In this document: in pieces, positions 1 through 12,299 of the stretch
Layout of the letters: the number at the start of each line of letters is the position of its first letter
How positions within the stretch are numbered: the stretch's first letter is position 1
DNA from: Guillardia theta CCMP2712
Lineage: Eukaryota > Protista > Cryptophyta
Direction of reading: 5' to 3'
Assembly (NCBI RefSeq): GCF_000315625.1
Contig: NW_005434654.1
Location: 864,593 to 928,592 of the forward strand
DNA: 64,000 nt
Program-made: the position numbers and the translations under genes
The notes under the pieces: model-generated
What the model saw: only the letters and a program-made list of their open reading frames with translations
Database searches by the model: none
What the model was told of the DNA's origin: nothing

Positions 1-200
1 AGAGTTGGAGAAGGGAATTCGAGAATGCACGGCGAAGAACTTGAGGGACGCGCTGCAGGAGGTGCGAGAGCGAGGTTGGGATGCTGGCAGGTAACCGGGC
101 TGCATGCAGGTTGAGGGAGCTTGTACGAACGAGCTGGATGCGTTTGTGGGTGGAGGAAAGCAGGAGGGAGGGAGCTGACAGGGATGGCTCAGGTCAGGTG

Positions 201-3200
201 CTACGCTAGTACCACCAAGGACGGCTCGTCGGCCCTGTGCAGCGACATGCGCACAGCGCTCAGCGTGAGTGCCTCGTGCAGGAGGGAGACTGGCCGCTCC
301 TCTTCCTCCCTCCTGAGCTCTCCTCCCCGCTCTGATCGCCTCCCTCCCCTTATTCCCTTCGTCCTCTCATCGTCCTCCCCGTTAGGTCTGCGCCACTCGG
401 GTGCTGGGTCCTCGTTCTCCTCTCTTCACTCAAGGGCTCGGTAGACGTCTTCCTGCCCCTCCTCGCATGCTGACGCGCAGCCTCTGCAGACCATCCAGCG
501 TCCCTCGTGCAGTATCGCATCGCTACCGGCCAGACGATCCTGGACTGATGAGACGGGCCGGCGCAGTCTCGAGCCGCTCGAGTTCTCCTGCTGAGGAGGA
601 GAAGAAGAGAGCAAGGTCGAGGACGGGCGCCAGTTGCTCGTCTGTCCTCGTCGTCCCCTGGATCAAACATCCAACATCCGTAGGAATAGACGTGTGCTCG
701 AGGACGGTGTGGTCGTAAGAGATGCGGAAATGAAGGCAGGGCTGACAAGCACCTCTGTCAGCAGACACATCCTCCCTGGGAGAGCTGGCGTACCTGACCC
801 TCGCATAGCTCACCATGAAGGAGGTTGAGGTAGAGAATTTTCCAGCGGATCTCTCCTGCTGTCCGCTGGTGCTCAATCTTGACAAGCTCTTGTACGGGCA
901 CATCGAGCTCGTGGAAGACGATGCGCAGCACCTGAAACGCTGACGTCAGCTGTGACATTGACAACCAAACGACTACTTTGTCCACAGGAGCGACAAACTC
1001 CTTAAGGGAGTTCTCGAGGATGTACGAGGCCCCATCAACAGGGACAATCCACTGACAAAGAGATCAGGGGGGGAGAAACGTAGGAAACAAATCTCCTCAC
1101 AGATTTCAGACCTAGAGCTTTGACTGTTAGGTGACTTGACATGATAGTTCCCTCCCCCTTCCCCACCAGAGCTACTCAAAGTTGCGTCACACAACGTAAA
1201 CATGCGGAGATCTTCGAGCCCGACCCGGACATACTTCGATCATGGTGGTGCCACGGCGGGCAAAGACTGCTGAGTACACCTGCGAGCACGGTCTCCACCA
1301 TGAAGGGCAAGTGGAGGAGAGTTGTTACGTGTGTGCCATGAGGAGTCACGATGATTGAAGCCTGACTGACTGCCGCTGCGACTTGAAGCAGAGAGTGGCT
1401 CCTCTGCTCGCTCTGTATGACCTCGATCCTACCCGTCGATGATGGCATCTGTCGAACCCGAAAATCCTCAGGAGGTGAGACCGGCAGACGCATTTCAGCA
1501 ACCTTTCTAGCAAGGACTTGAGCTGCCCATTGAAGTGACTGAGCGAGCTCTTTGCTGTTGAGCATGCACCTGCTCCTCTTCCTGCAACTTTCTAGAGTCC
1601 CTCTGCTCATTCAAGCCTCAATCAACCTCTCGTACAGATGTAGACTCCCCTTACCGCACGAAGAGAACGATGCTGGGCCAGCCACTGTGCATCCTCCTCG
1701 AAGAGGAGTGAGCCTCGGCATACGAATCGTCCTGGTAGCAGAGCTCGCATGTCGCATCGCCAGTAGAAGGCAAACGCAGCGAGTCAAAAGCTCTGCACAG
1801 GTCACGGTGCTGATTCCTGTGCCACATGGGAGACTCGATGGTGTGGAAAAGCCTTCGAAGCAGCAGCGAGAAATCCTTCTGTAATCCCTTTAGTGAGGAT
1901 GGGAAACGTTTTCCTTCACAAGTCACCTGCACCAGCCTCAACGCATGTGGGATGGTGACACCGATTTCAGGAAACTGCTCAAGCTGAGATCAGCTGCATG
2001 TTTTCAGTGAGCGAGAGAAATCGAACAGAGGGGTAAGTATCGCTGATCAGGAGCTCCTTCACCATGAAGTAGTGCGAACATTCTCTTCCATTTCCTCTGC
2101 ACCCGCGTCAGCAGCAGTTGAAAGCACCACTGCCTTGTATTGCGAGACCTGAGGCAGTTGGAATCCATGAAATAAAGCCTGGCAAGAATGTCACCGCAAG
2201 CAATGTCGATGTGAGAAAGACCTTTCGGAGAAATCCAGATCTTCTCCCAGCAGCGATCGGATGAGAGGCAGGATGTTCGGTTGCGAGTTTGACTCCATGA
2301 TCACACTACCAACAGTCAGCTGGCAACAGCCTCCATGCAGAATCTCAACGTACTCGAACTCAGTCCCGGCAGGTAAAGCGTGCACAGTGAAAGCGAGCTT
2401 GTAGACCAGGTCCTGTATGAAATGAGCCCAAAACCAGCCGAACCTGCGAACAAGCAGAAGAGCTCTAACACCATGGTCAGCTGCAAACTCGGCTCAAGAT
2501 GTATTTCACCTTTCTACTGGAACAACTGGAACATCGGTGACAGCACTCTCACTCCAATCGCATCCATGAGGTACTGGAGGATACCACTGGTGGCGCCCGA
2601 AGGCTGTGATCGGAGGCTCAACCCCGTTACAGCTCACTCCATCGGCTACAACCATGTAGTTGTGCAGGCAGACCAAGAACATCCCTTGCAGTGAGAGCTC
2701 TTGGGGGAGCATGGCTTGGCGGTAACGGGTGAGAAACAAGCACACAGAAAAATGAAGCTTTTGCAAACCTCCAGGTATTCGCTCATCGAGCAAGGAACAG
2801 TCTTCTTGCAAACAAAGAGTCGAATCGAACACTCTTTCGGACTCTTGAAACTCAACCTGAAAACAGCATTCAGTCATGACTTGCAACCGTCAAGGCACCT
2901 TGGCAATCAACAGCCCAGAGCGGTTGATGAAGTCCTGGTGGTCCACAAGGCTCGAGAGATTGATATTGTTCCCGATGAGCGACGTTTCCAACACTTTCTT
3001 TCTGCTCGGACCTTTGCATACATGCAGACTTTCCGTGGATTGAGAAGCTCGAATCAAGACGTCAGCCATTTTGCTTTCCAGACTCAAATGTTCACAGACA
3101 GACGCATGAGCGTTTTGAACGATCTGCAGCCTCGCGCCCTCATCCTGCAAGTAGTGATCAACCAAGCCTTCAAGGCTAAGGAGCGAATCAGATTTGAACT

Positions 3201-4131
3201 TGATCACTTCAGAGCCGTTGACAAGATCTAAATCAAGCCCCTCCACCTCGTTGCACATCACAAACGCTCCCATTGCCAAAGCCTTGTACACCTGATACAT
3301 CCCTCCTCCTCTGCAGCGAGGAGTATCATCCTGTGACTCGGTGTTGCTCTCGAGGATGATGATGACAATCTTTGACTGTAAATACAATGACTTGAGTTCT
3401 TCTTCGATCAACCAGTCGCCTTGCAGTCGAAATCTGATCTGACTCTTTGATTTGAGAAAGGAATACAATGCACACACCAGAGTACGACTCTGTCGTTGAC
3501 TTCGGCAGCTTTCTTCTTCAAAATATGGGAAGTAAACAAGGATGTCATAAGAATATTCCGTATGAACGAGATGCTCTTCGTTATGGAGCATGTTCGCGCA
3601 TAAAGTGCTGCTAACATAACGTCCAAACCACTCAGGAGAGGAACCGAGTCTGAGCGACTCTTCAACCTCTGCATCCCAAAAATCCACAAGAAGTTGATCG
3701 AAGTGCAAGGGAGGCCAGTCAGAGGTCAAGTTCTGAACCGTGCGATGGAAATCAAACAGCACTGATACCGTATGAACCCCACGCGCCCTGCACTCCTGCA
3801 CAACTCGGAGCATATCTTTCGGAGCATGCCTTCCGGGAGAGTAGAAGAGGATGCTAGGGCTGAAGTTGTGTATGTGAGCTAAGATGTCTTTGACATCAAC
3901 TTCATCCTCCTGCAAGACCATCACCTCCTCTACCAGCGAGATGCGATCGAGGCCGTTGACCCAGCTCACATCCGGCGCCTCATGGCAGAGGCAGTCGCCA
4001 ATCCAGATCACTCGGATCAGGGAGCCGAAGGGAACTCCCGTGCCGCTCGAGAGGCCATGGGAGGATCTCCCTTGTACATTGAGAGCACATGATACCAGGA
4101 CTGATACGACCAACCCCCCCCAGCTCCGCAT
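201..4131 (-). CDS. Secreted/Golgi-type multi-domain glycosyltransferase-like protein (Glyco_trans_1_2/CgeB-like domain followed by GT61-like domain), multi-exon; 3' end uncertain, could be two genes
   Basis: ORF 2890-4131 begins with a signal peptide (MRSWGGLVVSVLVSCALNVQG) and contains LYLQSKIVIII...YKALAMGAFVMCNEVEGL...LVDHYLQDEGARLQIVQNAHASVCEHLS, typical of the Glyco_trans_1_2 family. Downstream same-strand exon 1176-1610 has QVAAAVSQASIIVTPHG, resembling the GT61 motif. Further same-strand exon-like pieces run to a TAG at 201-203. Confidence 0.55.
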
Positions 4132-4428
4132 CCTCCCTCGTTGCTACGCCATTCCTTGATAACCCCCGTGTATCCGTACGTACCCCATCTTTTCATGGGT
4201 CAGGGACCGGTGGTCACCCCACAAACTTACCCGGGTGCAGAGGCATGCAGCAGACAAACGCAAACAACCGATGAATGTATGGATCGTTCGATGTGAAAGT
4301 GAGTAGAATGACAAGGTTGTTGAGGAAGAGTGCTGGAGACTGTGCGGAGAAGTATAGGAGAGGTCGGGAGGAAAGGATGAGAGAAGAGTGGAAGAGCAGA
4401 GGAGGAAAGGAGGAAGAGTGGAGGAAGG

Positions 4429-4494
4429 AGCACGAGAGCACGAGAGCATGACAGCACGAGAGCATGACAGCACGAGAGCATGACAGCACGAGAG
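4429..4494. repeat. 16-bp minisatellite (GCACGAGAGCATGACA) x ~3.5
   Basis: Direct tandem copies at 4438, 4454, 4470 and a partial copy at 4486, preceded by a truncated unit. Confidence 0.9.
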
Positions 4495-5089
4495 GACCAT
4501 CGCGAGCAAGGGGGCAGAGGGGGTTCATTTTGCTGGTTGGCCGCTCACAACTCACAGGGTTCTGGCACTTTGCCGGGACGATGGAAGGTAGAGCATCGAG
4601 TTGTTTCAGGATGAGGCGAATCTGTTGTACAACCTTGGATAACAAGATAGAAAATGGAATAATCAGGAGCTGTGTTTACTGGAACACAACAAATAAAAGC
4701 ACGCTACTTGCTACTGCTGCTCTCTTGGAAGTGAAACTCTACCATGTGGTCCGGGGTACCAGAGAATTGTACGAATGAAAGTAACATAGTCACAGACAAG
4801 GACAGGATGGGAGATCGAAAAGCACTAGATGGTTTTCTCTGAAATGCTAAGGAAAGATGGCGGGAGAGGCAGACTGTAGCAAGCCTGAGATAGGGCACTC
4901 GTGGCACTGCTGATTGAAAGCCTCAAACATTTTTTACATTCAGGGAAGATAGCCTTGCACTGGTGTACAACTGGTATCTGCTAGAAGATTTGCACGTCGA
5001 GACATGGTTTTCTTTCCATAAGCTGCTTCTCGTGTATCTTGCCTGTAGCCTTCATCAGAAGACTTGACTCTGTCCCTCCCCCGCTCCTG

Positions 5090-5215
5090 CGTCTTCTCCC
5101 CTCCCCTCCCCTCCCTCCCCTCCCCTCCCCTCCCCTTGTTCACTTTTCCCCTCCCCTCCCCTCACTCCCCTCCCCTCGTTCACTTCTCCTCTTCCCTTTC
5201 CTTCCCTCTCGGCTC
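5090..5215. repeat. Polypyrimidine (CCCCT)n-type low-complexity tract
   Basis: Run of ctccc/cctcc units in the intergenic region. Confidence 0.85.
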
Positions 5216-5723
5216 GCTCCCCGTCTCCATTGCTCTGGGGGCAGTCCCTGTTTCCTCACCTTCGACGTTCTCGTCGATTCTGATGGTATACAAGTTTAGG
5301 TACCTTTGACAAGACTACCCCAGTCGTACCCACCACCACCCCTACCACACCGAGAAAAAAAAAAAAAGAATAACCAGTGGTACGCTATAGCCCTGCATTC
5401 TTGCCCTACCTTCTATTCCTCGAACTTCACCCCTCACCCCCCCTCATGCCCACCGTGAACCCTGGTCATCTCCCTGGTCATATTACCCCTGTCCGTAACG
5501 GCCCCCTTTATCCCCCCTTGAATCACCCCCACCTTCTAGCGCAAACTATTCCTCCATTATGGTTTACACCCCACACTACCCTACCCCATACGCAAGCTGT
5601 CATCATGTCGGTCGTAGTGAGTCCTAGGGGGCGTGCATAGTGCATACAAAAGCCAGGGTAGGTGATGTCCAAACTGAGGAAGAAGGGGGTAGGGGGTGGG
5701 AGGTCACAGACTACTGGGGAAGG

Positions 5724-8442
5724 ATGGCAGGAGCAGCAGCAGCGACGGCGGATCGCTCGGGGGGGGAAACAGCCAAGGCATGGTTCACCTTCTTCATCGT
5801 CTCCTTGGCAGCAAAGCTTGTAGGACCTTTCTTTCCGCGCATCGGGTTCCCTCTCATCACAGGATACATCGTGACGGGAATGGTCGCAGGACCCTACGCA
5901 TTAGAGATCGTGAAACAGGCCGATGTCAACGATCTCTCTTACATCAACATGGTTGCTCTGGCGTACATCACTACCTCAGCAGGAGCAGAACTTCACATAC
6001 CAGAGCTGAAGCCACTGATCAAGGCCTTGCTTGCACAGACGACCGCAATTGCAATTATTACCTTTGCTCTGGAAACTGTCGTCGTTGGCCTTCTTTCGAG
6101 CACATCTCTCCTCTCATGGATAAATCCCTTTCCTTCACAGTGCAGATGGGCGGTTGCTACTATCATGGCTTCTATCTGCATAGCTAGAAGTCCAGCGACA
6201 GCCATTGCGCTTGTCAAGGAAATGCGATGCAAAGGCAAAATGACTTCCACCATGTTAGGCATCACCGTGCTATCTGATCTGTTCGTCTTGATCAGTATTT
6301 CCATAACAACTTCATTCGGCATGTCTTCTTGCAAGGGTCTGCCGTTCCAAGGCGCATCTTTGGGCATTGTGATTGCGATGATCATCGTCTCGATCTTGAT
6401 CGGAGTAGTGATTGGCTTTGTCTTCATGGGCCTCATGATGTTCAGCAGATTTGAAATGAATGCCTTGATCTTTCCTCTCGGATTCCTCGTATTTCTTGGG
6501 AGCAGCGTGTTCACAACTGAGGTCTCGAAGCGGGTGCCGGAGGATAAGCAGATGCATCTTGAACCCCTCTTGATGTGCATTGTTGGAGGGTTCATTTGTG
6601 TCAACTTCAGCTCCTTTCACCATCGCTTCTGCGATGCTCTACAAGTGGCGGCCCCCTACATCTTTGTTCCCTTCTTCACTTTGGTTGGAGCAAGTCTTGA
6701 CCTCAAGACCTTCGCAGCTTCTATAGGGTTTGCACTCATCGTCGCGCTCGTGCGAGCCATATGCATCTTCACCGCAACCTCTTCCACAGGCTGGCTGGTG
6801 GGGCAAGAGAAAGCAACGAACCTCACGATCTGGATGACGCTGATATCCCAAGCCGGATTCTCCCTTGGTCTTGCATCAGAGATTGCTCACAAGTTCGAAG
6901 ATTGGGGCAGAAAATTTCAGGCTGTAATCATTTCTATCGTTGTCATCAATCAGATGACTGGGCCTGTGCTCTGCAAACTTGCACTGCGATGGTCGGGAGA
7001 AGCAGGACGAGCGACTGGAAACGAAGCTCACGAAGAAGCTGAAGCGGATCCTCATGCTGTACACAGAGCTGACAAGTTCAAGGCCTTGATCCTTGGCTGT
7101 ACGTCTTCGTCCAAGGCTGTATCCATGAATTTGCTGCGTGAACGATGGGGTGTTGTTATGTTGACATCCAATCAATGTGAAGCTGAAGATGTCAGCAAAG
7201 TGATCAGCGAATGGGCGGTAAGATGTTCATCGTGTCATTGCAAGCTGAGCTCACAAGTGTGTTTTTTGTGCAGGAGGAGACGAGGACCGAAGAAATCAAT
7301 CAAGCGCTTCAGAGTGGTCTTGATCCACCTGTGTTCCCAGCTGTGCCCATGGAAGAGTCCTTCAAGGCTCTGCCAGTCACAAAGGATAACAACACCACAC
7401 CCTTCCAGCGAAGCAACTCGCTTGACAACCTCGTCAACTCGAACCTCTCTGCCGATGAAGTGATCGCGGAGAACGGCGAGGAGAGTTTCGACCAGGCAAG
7501 AGTCACCCCGCGCAAGTCGAAGGAGCTACAGATGGATCCTCTTGTCCCGCAGAGCCCGAAGATGCCTGAGGGAGACGGTTTCAATCGCGCCCAGTCCTAC
7601 ATCAGCCATCAACTCGAAGTCGAACTTCAGAACCTCCCGACATGCGAGGAGAAGCCGCTTGCTCTCAGCGGTCCCGACTACCTCGAGAAGTGCAAGGACT
7701 TGTTCGCTGTGATGGACAACATGGACGGACTTCGAGTCATCATCTTGGCACTCTTGGACGACCTGCAGGCCTTGGCTCTGCTGGAGTCCATCCAGGAGCA
7801 TCTGTCCTCCAGATCTGAGTATCAGAACATCCGTTACATCGTCTTGATGAAGGAAATAAGGTGGGCAGAGGCCTTCACCATGTTGGACGCGGTAGCCTTG
7901 CACGAGTTTGTCAGTTCGACAAAGGTAGCGGTGGTGGCGTCGGTGACCTCGGACAACAACCCCTTCACCATCGCCCCAGCCTGTAGCGGTGCAGGAGCTG
8001 TCAGCGACGCGTTCTTGGAGTTCTTTGATGGCCCGATGATCTCCAAGTGCTCTCCCACCAGCTTTCCGTGAGTTTCTTGTTAACGACCTTCACTTGGGTT
8101 TCGCATGACCGAACTTGTTGCAGGGCGAGCCACGACTGGACGAGCGGAGTCGATCGGATCAACCTCAAGCTCATGACCATGCTGCGAGAGAGGATGCAAG
8201 TCAGGAAGACGAGGGCATCGGGCGGTCGGATGCTCCGAGCCATCGAGGACTTCATTACCAGAAATCTTCCAACACCAGCAGCGACTCCCATGCTGAGGCC
8301 CATCAATGCCGTCAGAACGCTGACGTCGACGCCTCCAGCCACTCCAAGCCTGAGGACAAGAGCTGCTCACATCAATTCCTTGCCTCCGCTGCAGGACCTC
8401 GAATCCACGGTCGTGACTCCGGGGGGTGAAGACAGAGTTTGA
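5724..8442 (+). CDS. Cation/H+ antiporter (CPA2/Kef-like Na+/H+ exchanger family) with degenerate C-terminal KTN/RCK-like region; about 3 exons
   Basis: ATG at 5724 in frame with the 607-aa ORF. About 12 hydrophobic helices with family motifs FPLITGYIVTGMVAGPY, AGAELH, ARSPATAIALVKE, TVLSD, PFFTLVGASLDL, SQAGFSLGLA, NQMTGP. GT-AG intron 7218-7273 links to ORF 7211-8071; a likely last exon ends at 8442. Confidence 0.85.
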
Positions 8443-9092
8443 GAGCCGGTCACCTTCACTTGGTTCTGTTGCAGTTTTGAGACAAACTTGGCCGGAGAGG
8501 ACCAGAAGGTTTATGCCTTCAAGCTCATGTGTAAATTCCACATATCAAGCGTCAGCAGACTCTACAGTTTTACCGAGCCCTCCAAGGCCCTAGCCTTCAT
8601 GGTTTTGGAATCAAGTTTTCCGAGTTCGAAGGATGCAGCTCAACTTGATCATCTGAGCTAAACCAGACTCCTGCCACAGATCCTTATTGATCGCATTTAA
8701 GTTAGATTTTACTTTCCTTTTGTCATGAAACGAGTGTCACCCAGGGAGGCTCTCCTGTCTGGCCGGGCCGAGCGACTCTGCCGCAGTGCGGCTCCGGGCC
8801 GCCGGGCCGGCCCGGCCCGGCCCGGCAGTTTCCTATTATCCCAGTCGTCCGCACGCCTTTTCAAATTCTGCTGCTCATGAAAGAAATGGGAAGCGATAGG
8901 ACGGGGGACTGGGGGGAGGCAACACAGGAGAAAGACTGAAAATGATGAATGGTCAGGGTACAACCAATGACAGTCTCGTATAGTAGGAACAGGATAACAT
9001 TGGATTGAATTCGAGCTTGAGATTCGAGAGTAACGAGCAGCATGCAGAAAAATCTTGAGAATGTCCTGACTTTTCACTGTGTTTTGTGGCAG

Positions 9093-10178
9093 GAAATTCT
9101 TCAGGAGATGGACTTCGAACTAGTGACAGCTGAAGAAGCTGCATTGTTAGATATGACAGGTTCGTCACATCAGGGAGGAAATCTACCCCTGGCTGACTCG
9201 TTACGTAGAGAACATCTGTATGCAAAAAGCTCAAATCAAGAGCTCAGTTGCTGTCTTCCGGCATACCTCAAACAAAGTTCACCGCAACGATCCTTACGTT
9301 AAAGACGGCAACATAAAAACATGCCAGCAACCTAGCTCAGTAGAGATGCAAAGCAGAAAACTTACTGAAGGTAACATTTGTCCTACAAACGCCCCGCCTT
9401 CTAAAAAACCTAATGACAATTCCTCAGCCTCGTCCGATGTCCAATATTTGAACGTGGTAAGCATGTGGATGTGACAATCTGCTATTTCAATGATGGCTTC
9501 TCATTTGAAATCCAGTCGTGTGTTCCTTCGTCCCATTTGAACTCGAATGCTCATGATATGAACCTTGTCGGAAAGCAACATCAACCGGCTATGGCAGGTA
9601 ATTCAGTTCTTGCACAGGAGGATATTTTGTGAAGGGAAAACACAGTGTTAGACGATGCAAGAAACTTTAACAACAGTACTTCGTCCATCCTACCTCTATC
9701 GACGGCATCAGAGAGATCGCAGTACCAGAAGACCATCAATGAGATTTTGGAGAGATCGGACGTAGAGTTCGTGGGGGGGAAACGAATCGTGAAGCGAAGT
9801 GGCTGGAGAAAACTTGCCTTTGCTTTCAATGTGAGCTTTGAGATGAGGTGTGTGTTGATTTTCTTTTATCTTATTGCTCTTTTGAAAGCAGTTGACGTAG
9901 CTGCAGGTCTGAAGACATCGAACGTGACAGGGAAGGTGTGATAGAGGTTCAAGTGCGAGTGAACGATATGACGTCACATGGCAGGCAATGTCACATACGC
10001 CAAGTTCGTTCATCGAGCAATCTTACCCAACGGAAGATTCGCTGACGCATGGGGTGCCTGCGATGCAAGGGAGAAGCGTTTCATGAAGCCAAATCATGAC
10101 GTGCCAGCAACGGCTGAGACACGCGCAAAGAACCGGGCATGTGCTGATCTTTTCGGGATCGGAGAGTCGAAGCGCTGA
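9093..10178 (+). CDS. Conserved uncharacterised protein with C-terminal possible Rad52/Sak-like fold; multi-exon, 5' end unresolved
   Basis: Exons join to give ...VGGKRIVKRSGWRKLAFAFNVSFEM...AKFVHRAILPNGRFADAWGACDAREKRFMKPNHDVPATAETRAKNRACADLFGIGESKR*. The N-terminal part is low-complexity. GT-AG introns are visible near 9849-9907 and ~9953-9984. Confidence 0.6.
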
Positions 10179-10241
10179 GACACAAGATAGAGGGAGGAGT
10201 GACTTCTTCGTTCTGCAGCTTTCAAACATGATATGGTACAT

Positions 10242-11656
10242 TCAAACAGCACTTAATTCTGCTACTACTTCCGGGAAAGTTCCTTCTAAGTTGTTGCCAT
10301 GTAAATCCATGCTCTTCAATCCCTGGACATCCAACAGAGTCTCAACGCGAGATGCTGGTAGAGCAAATTCACATCTCACCGGCATCGCTGCACTCTGCTT
10401 GATCTGAAACTGGGCAAAGGACGCCGGGATGGTCCCGGTGAGGTTGTTGTAGGAGAGGAAGAGCATCTCCAGCCTAGACACACACATCAGCGGAAGAAGC
10501 TGTGATAATGTCTCTAACACCTCGGAGCATTTACAAGCTCCCCGGGAATCGACCCATTCAAACGATTGTCGGAGAGAAAAAGCTGCCGCAAATGTCAGGA
10601 CAAGCTCTTCATCCAAATCACTTGTCGGACGTTCTGTAAGAGGGGAAGGCTCCCGAACGAACTTGGGATGCCGCCAGTCAATCGATTCGAGCGAAGGTCC
10701 CTTGAGCAGCAGGTCACATGGAGGTGGAGAACTAGAGGCTCTCTGCCATGGTAGCAAACACTTACACTGAAGTGAGGTTTTGCATCTGACCAATGCACGA
10801 TGGGATCACGCCATTCAGCTTGTTCAGAGCAAGGTTCCTAAGACTGAACATCATCGAACGAACCCGCGAGTCATCAAGAACATACAAGTTCTGAAGCTCG
10901 GACAAGGCACAAAGAGAAGGGGGAAGCTCTCCTTGTAGAGCATTCCTGGTCATGTACCTGAAGCCCTTTAGATAAAGAAGATTTTCCGAGCAACTTACAG
11001 TGACTTTAAACTGGTGAGGTTTCCAAGGTTCCACGGCAAACTTCCGTTGAGTCCCAGGTCTGCCAGGAGCAGTGAAGTGACCTGTTATTGATCAAAGCAC
11101 ATGAGATACGTTCCAGGAGCAAGAGAGAGATCAGGAAAAGTGATGGTGATGGTGATGATGATGACAACGACGACGACGACGATTGGGAGGAGGAGGAGGA
11201 GGAGGAAGTGATGGAGGAGGAGGGCAATAAGTGGACTAGGGCGACGTGAATACGTGCGAGGGCGAAGAAGAAAACGAGGAGGCACCTTTCTATTGCTCCC
11301 TAACAACGTGCCAGAGCACGTTACCCCCTTGAAATAGTCGGAGTCGTCGCATGGATCCATGTTCAGTTCCCATCCCTGTGACGCTAACGTAAGATACACG
11401 CCAGAGTGACAGCATCGACTGACTTGCGTCCAAGCAAAGCTCTGCCGCCATTGACTCCCAATCGTCAGATTGTATAAGGCTACCAAGACCTCCTCTGCAT
11501 TGAATATAAGGGAGAACGAGTAAAAGTTCATTTCTCACTGTCTGTCGGCGCAATGGGAGCATAGCACAACGGCAAGAAGAGCAAGAGAATAACAGCATTG
11601 AGGTACACCAAGAAGATGAGACCAGAACTGTTGGAGCGCTGCATGGCCGTCGTCAT
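10242..11656 (-). CDS. Secreted leucine-rich-repeat protein (plant-type extracellular LRR with N-cap), many short exons
   Basis: Signal peptide (GLIFLVYLNAVILLLFLPLCYA), N-cap (VLVALYNLTIGSQW...GWELNMDPC...FKGVTCSG) and repeated LxxNxLxGxIP motifs (NALQGELPPSLCAL, NKLNGVIPSCIG, NRLTGGIPSSFGSL, NNLTGTIPASF, NNLEGTFPE). Confidence 0.85.
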
Positions 11657-12299
11657 AACCGAATCCTCATCCGCCCGCCGCCATGCCGTACAACGCAAGG
11701 TGTACGGGTCCGCCTCGTAGTGAATCACATTCGCTCTAAAGTTTCAAATTTCATAATAATATTTGAAAAATTGGCTTGAAGACCTTTGCTGGCCGGCGGG
11801 GGATGAGGGACCTGACTGCCACATAAACGTAAGCACGAAAGATGAAATTTCGTGAGGGCGAGGATGGAAGGGAGGGAGGGAGGGAGGGAGGGAAGGCAGG
11901 AAGAGAGGAGAGGAGAGGAAGGAGTCAGGAGACGGTGAGGGAAGAGGAGAGGGTGGTTGGGATGGTGGATCCAAGGAGAAGAGGGAAGGAAGAGGGAATG
12001 ACGACGGTGACAAGGGGATAGAGGGTTGGCACGTGAAATTGAGAGCACAGAGACGGGAAGGACCACTCGAATCGATGTAGAGACAGCGGCAGAGAGGGAT
12101 GGGGAGGGAGGGGGAGGAATGGGTTGTAAACTGAGAGTTATGTGAAAGAGAGGTAAGGCCTTCAGTTCAGGACAGTTTTGAAGTAATAGGCGACGGAAAG
12201 AAAGCACAGAGAGAATAGAAACCCCATCACTGAGTTGAGAGATATTGTATGGTATCGATGTGCTGATGTTGTTTCATGCCAGTACCCCCAGGATGGTAG

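Noticed and set aside
11725-12207. Pro/Ser/Leu-rich ORFs here and at 4144-4645, 37376-37936 and 42398-42825
   Set aside because: Translations of purine/pyrimidine-skewed intergenic tracts.
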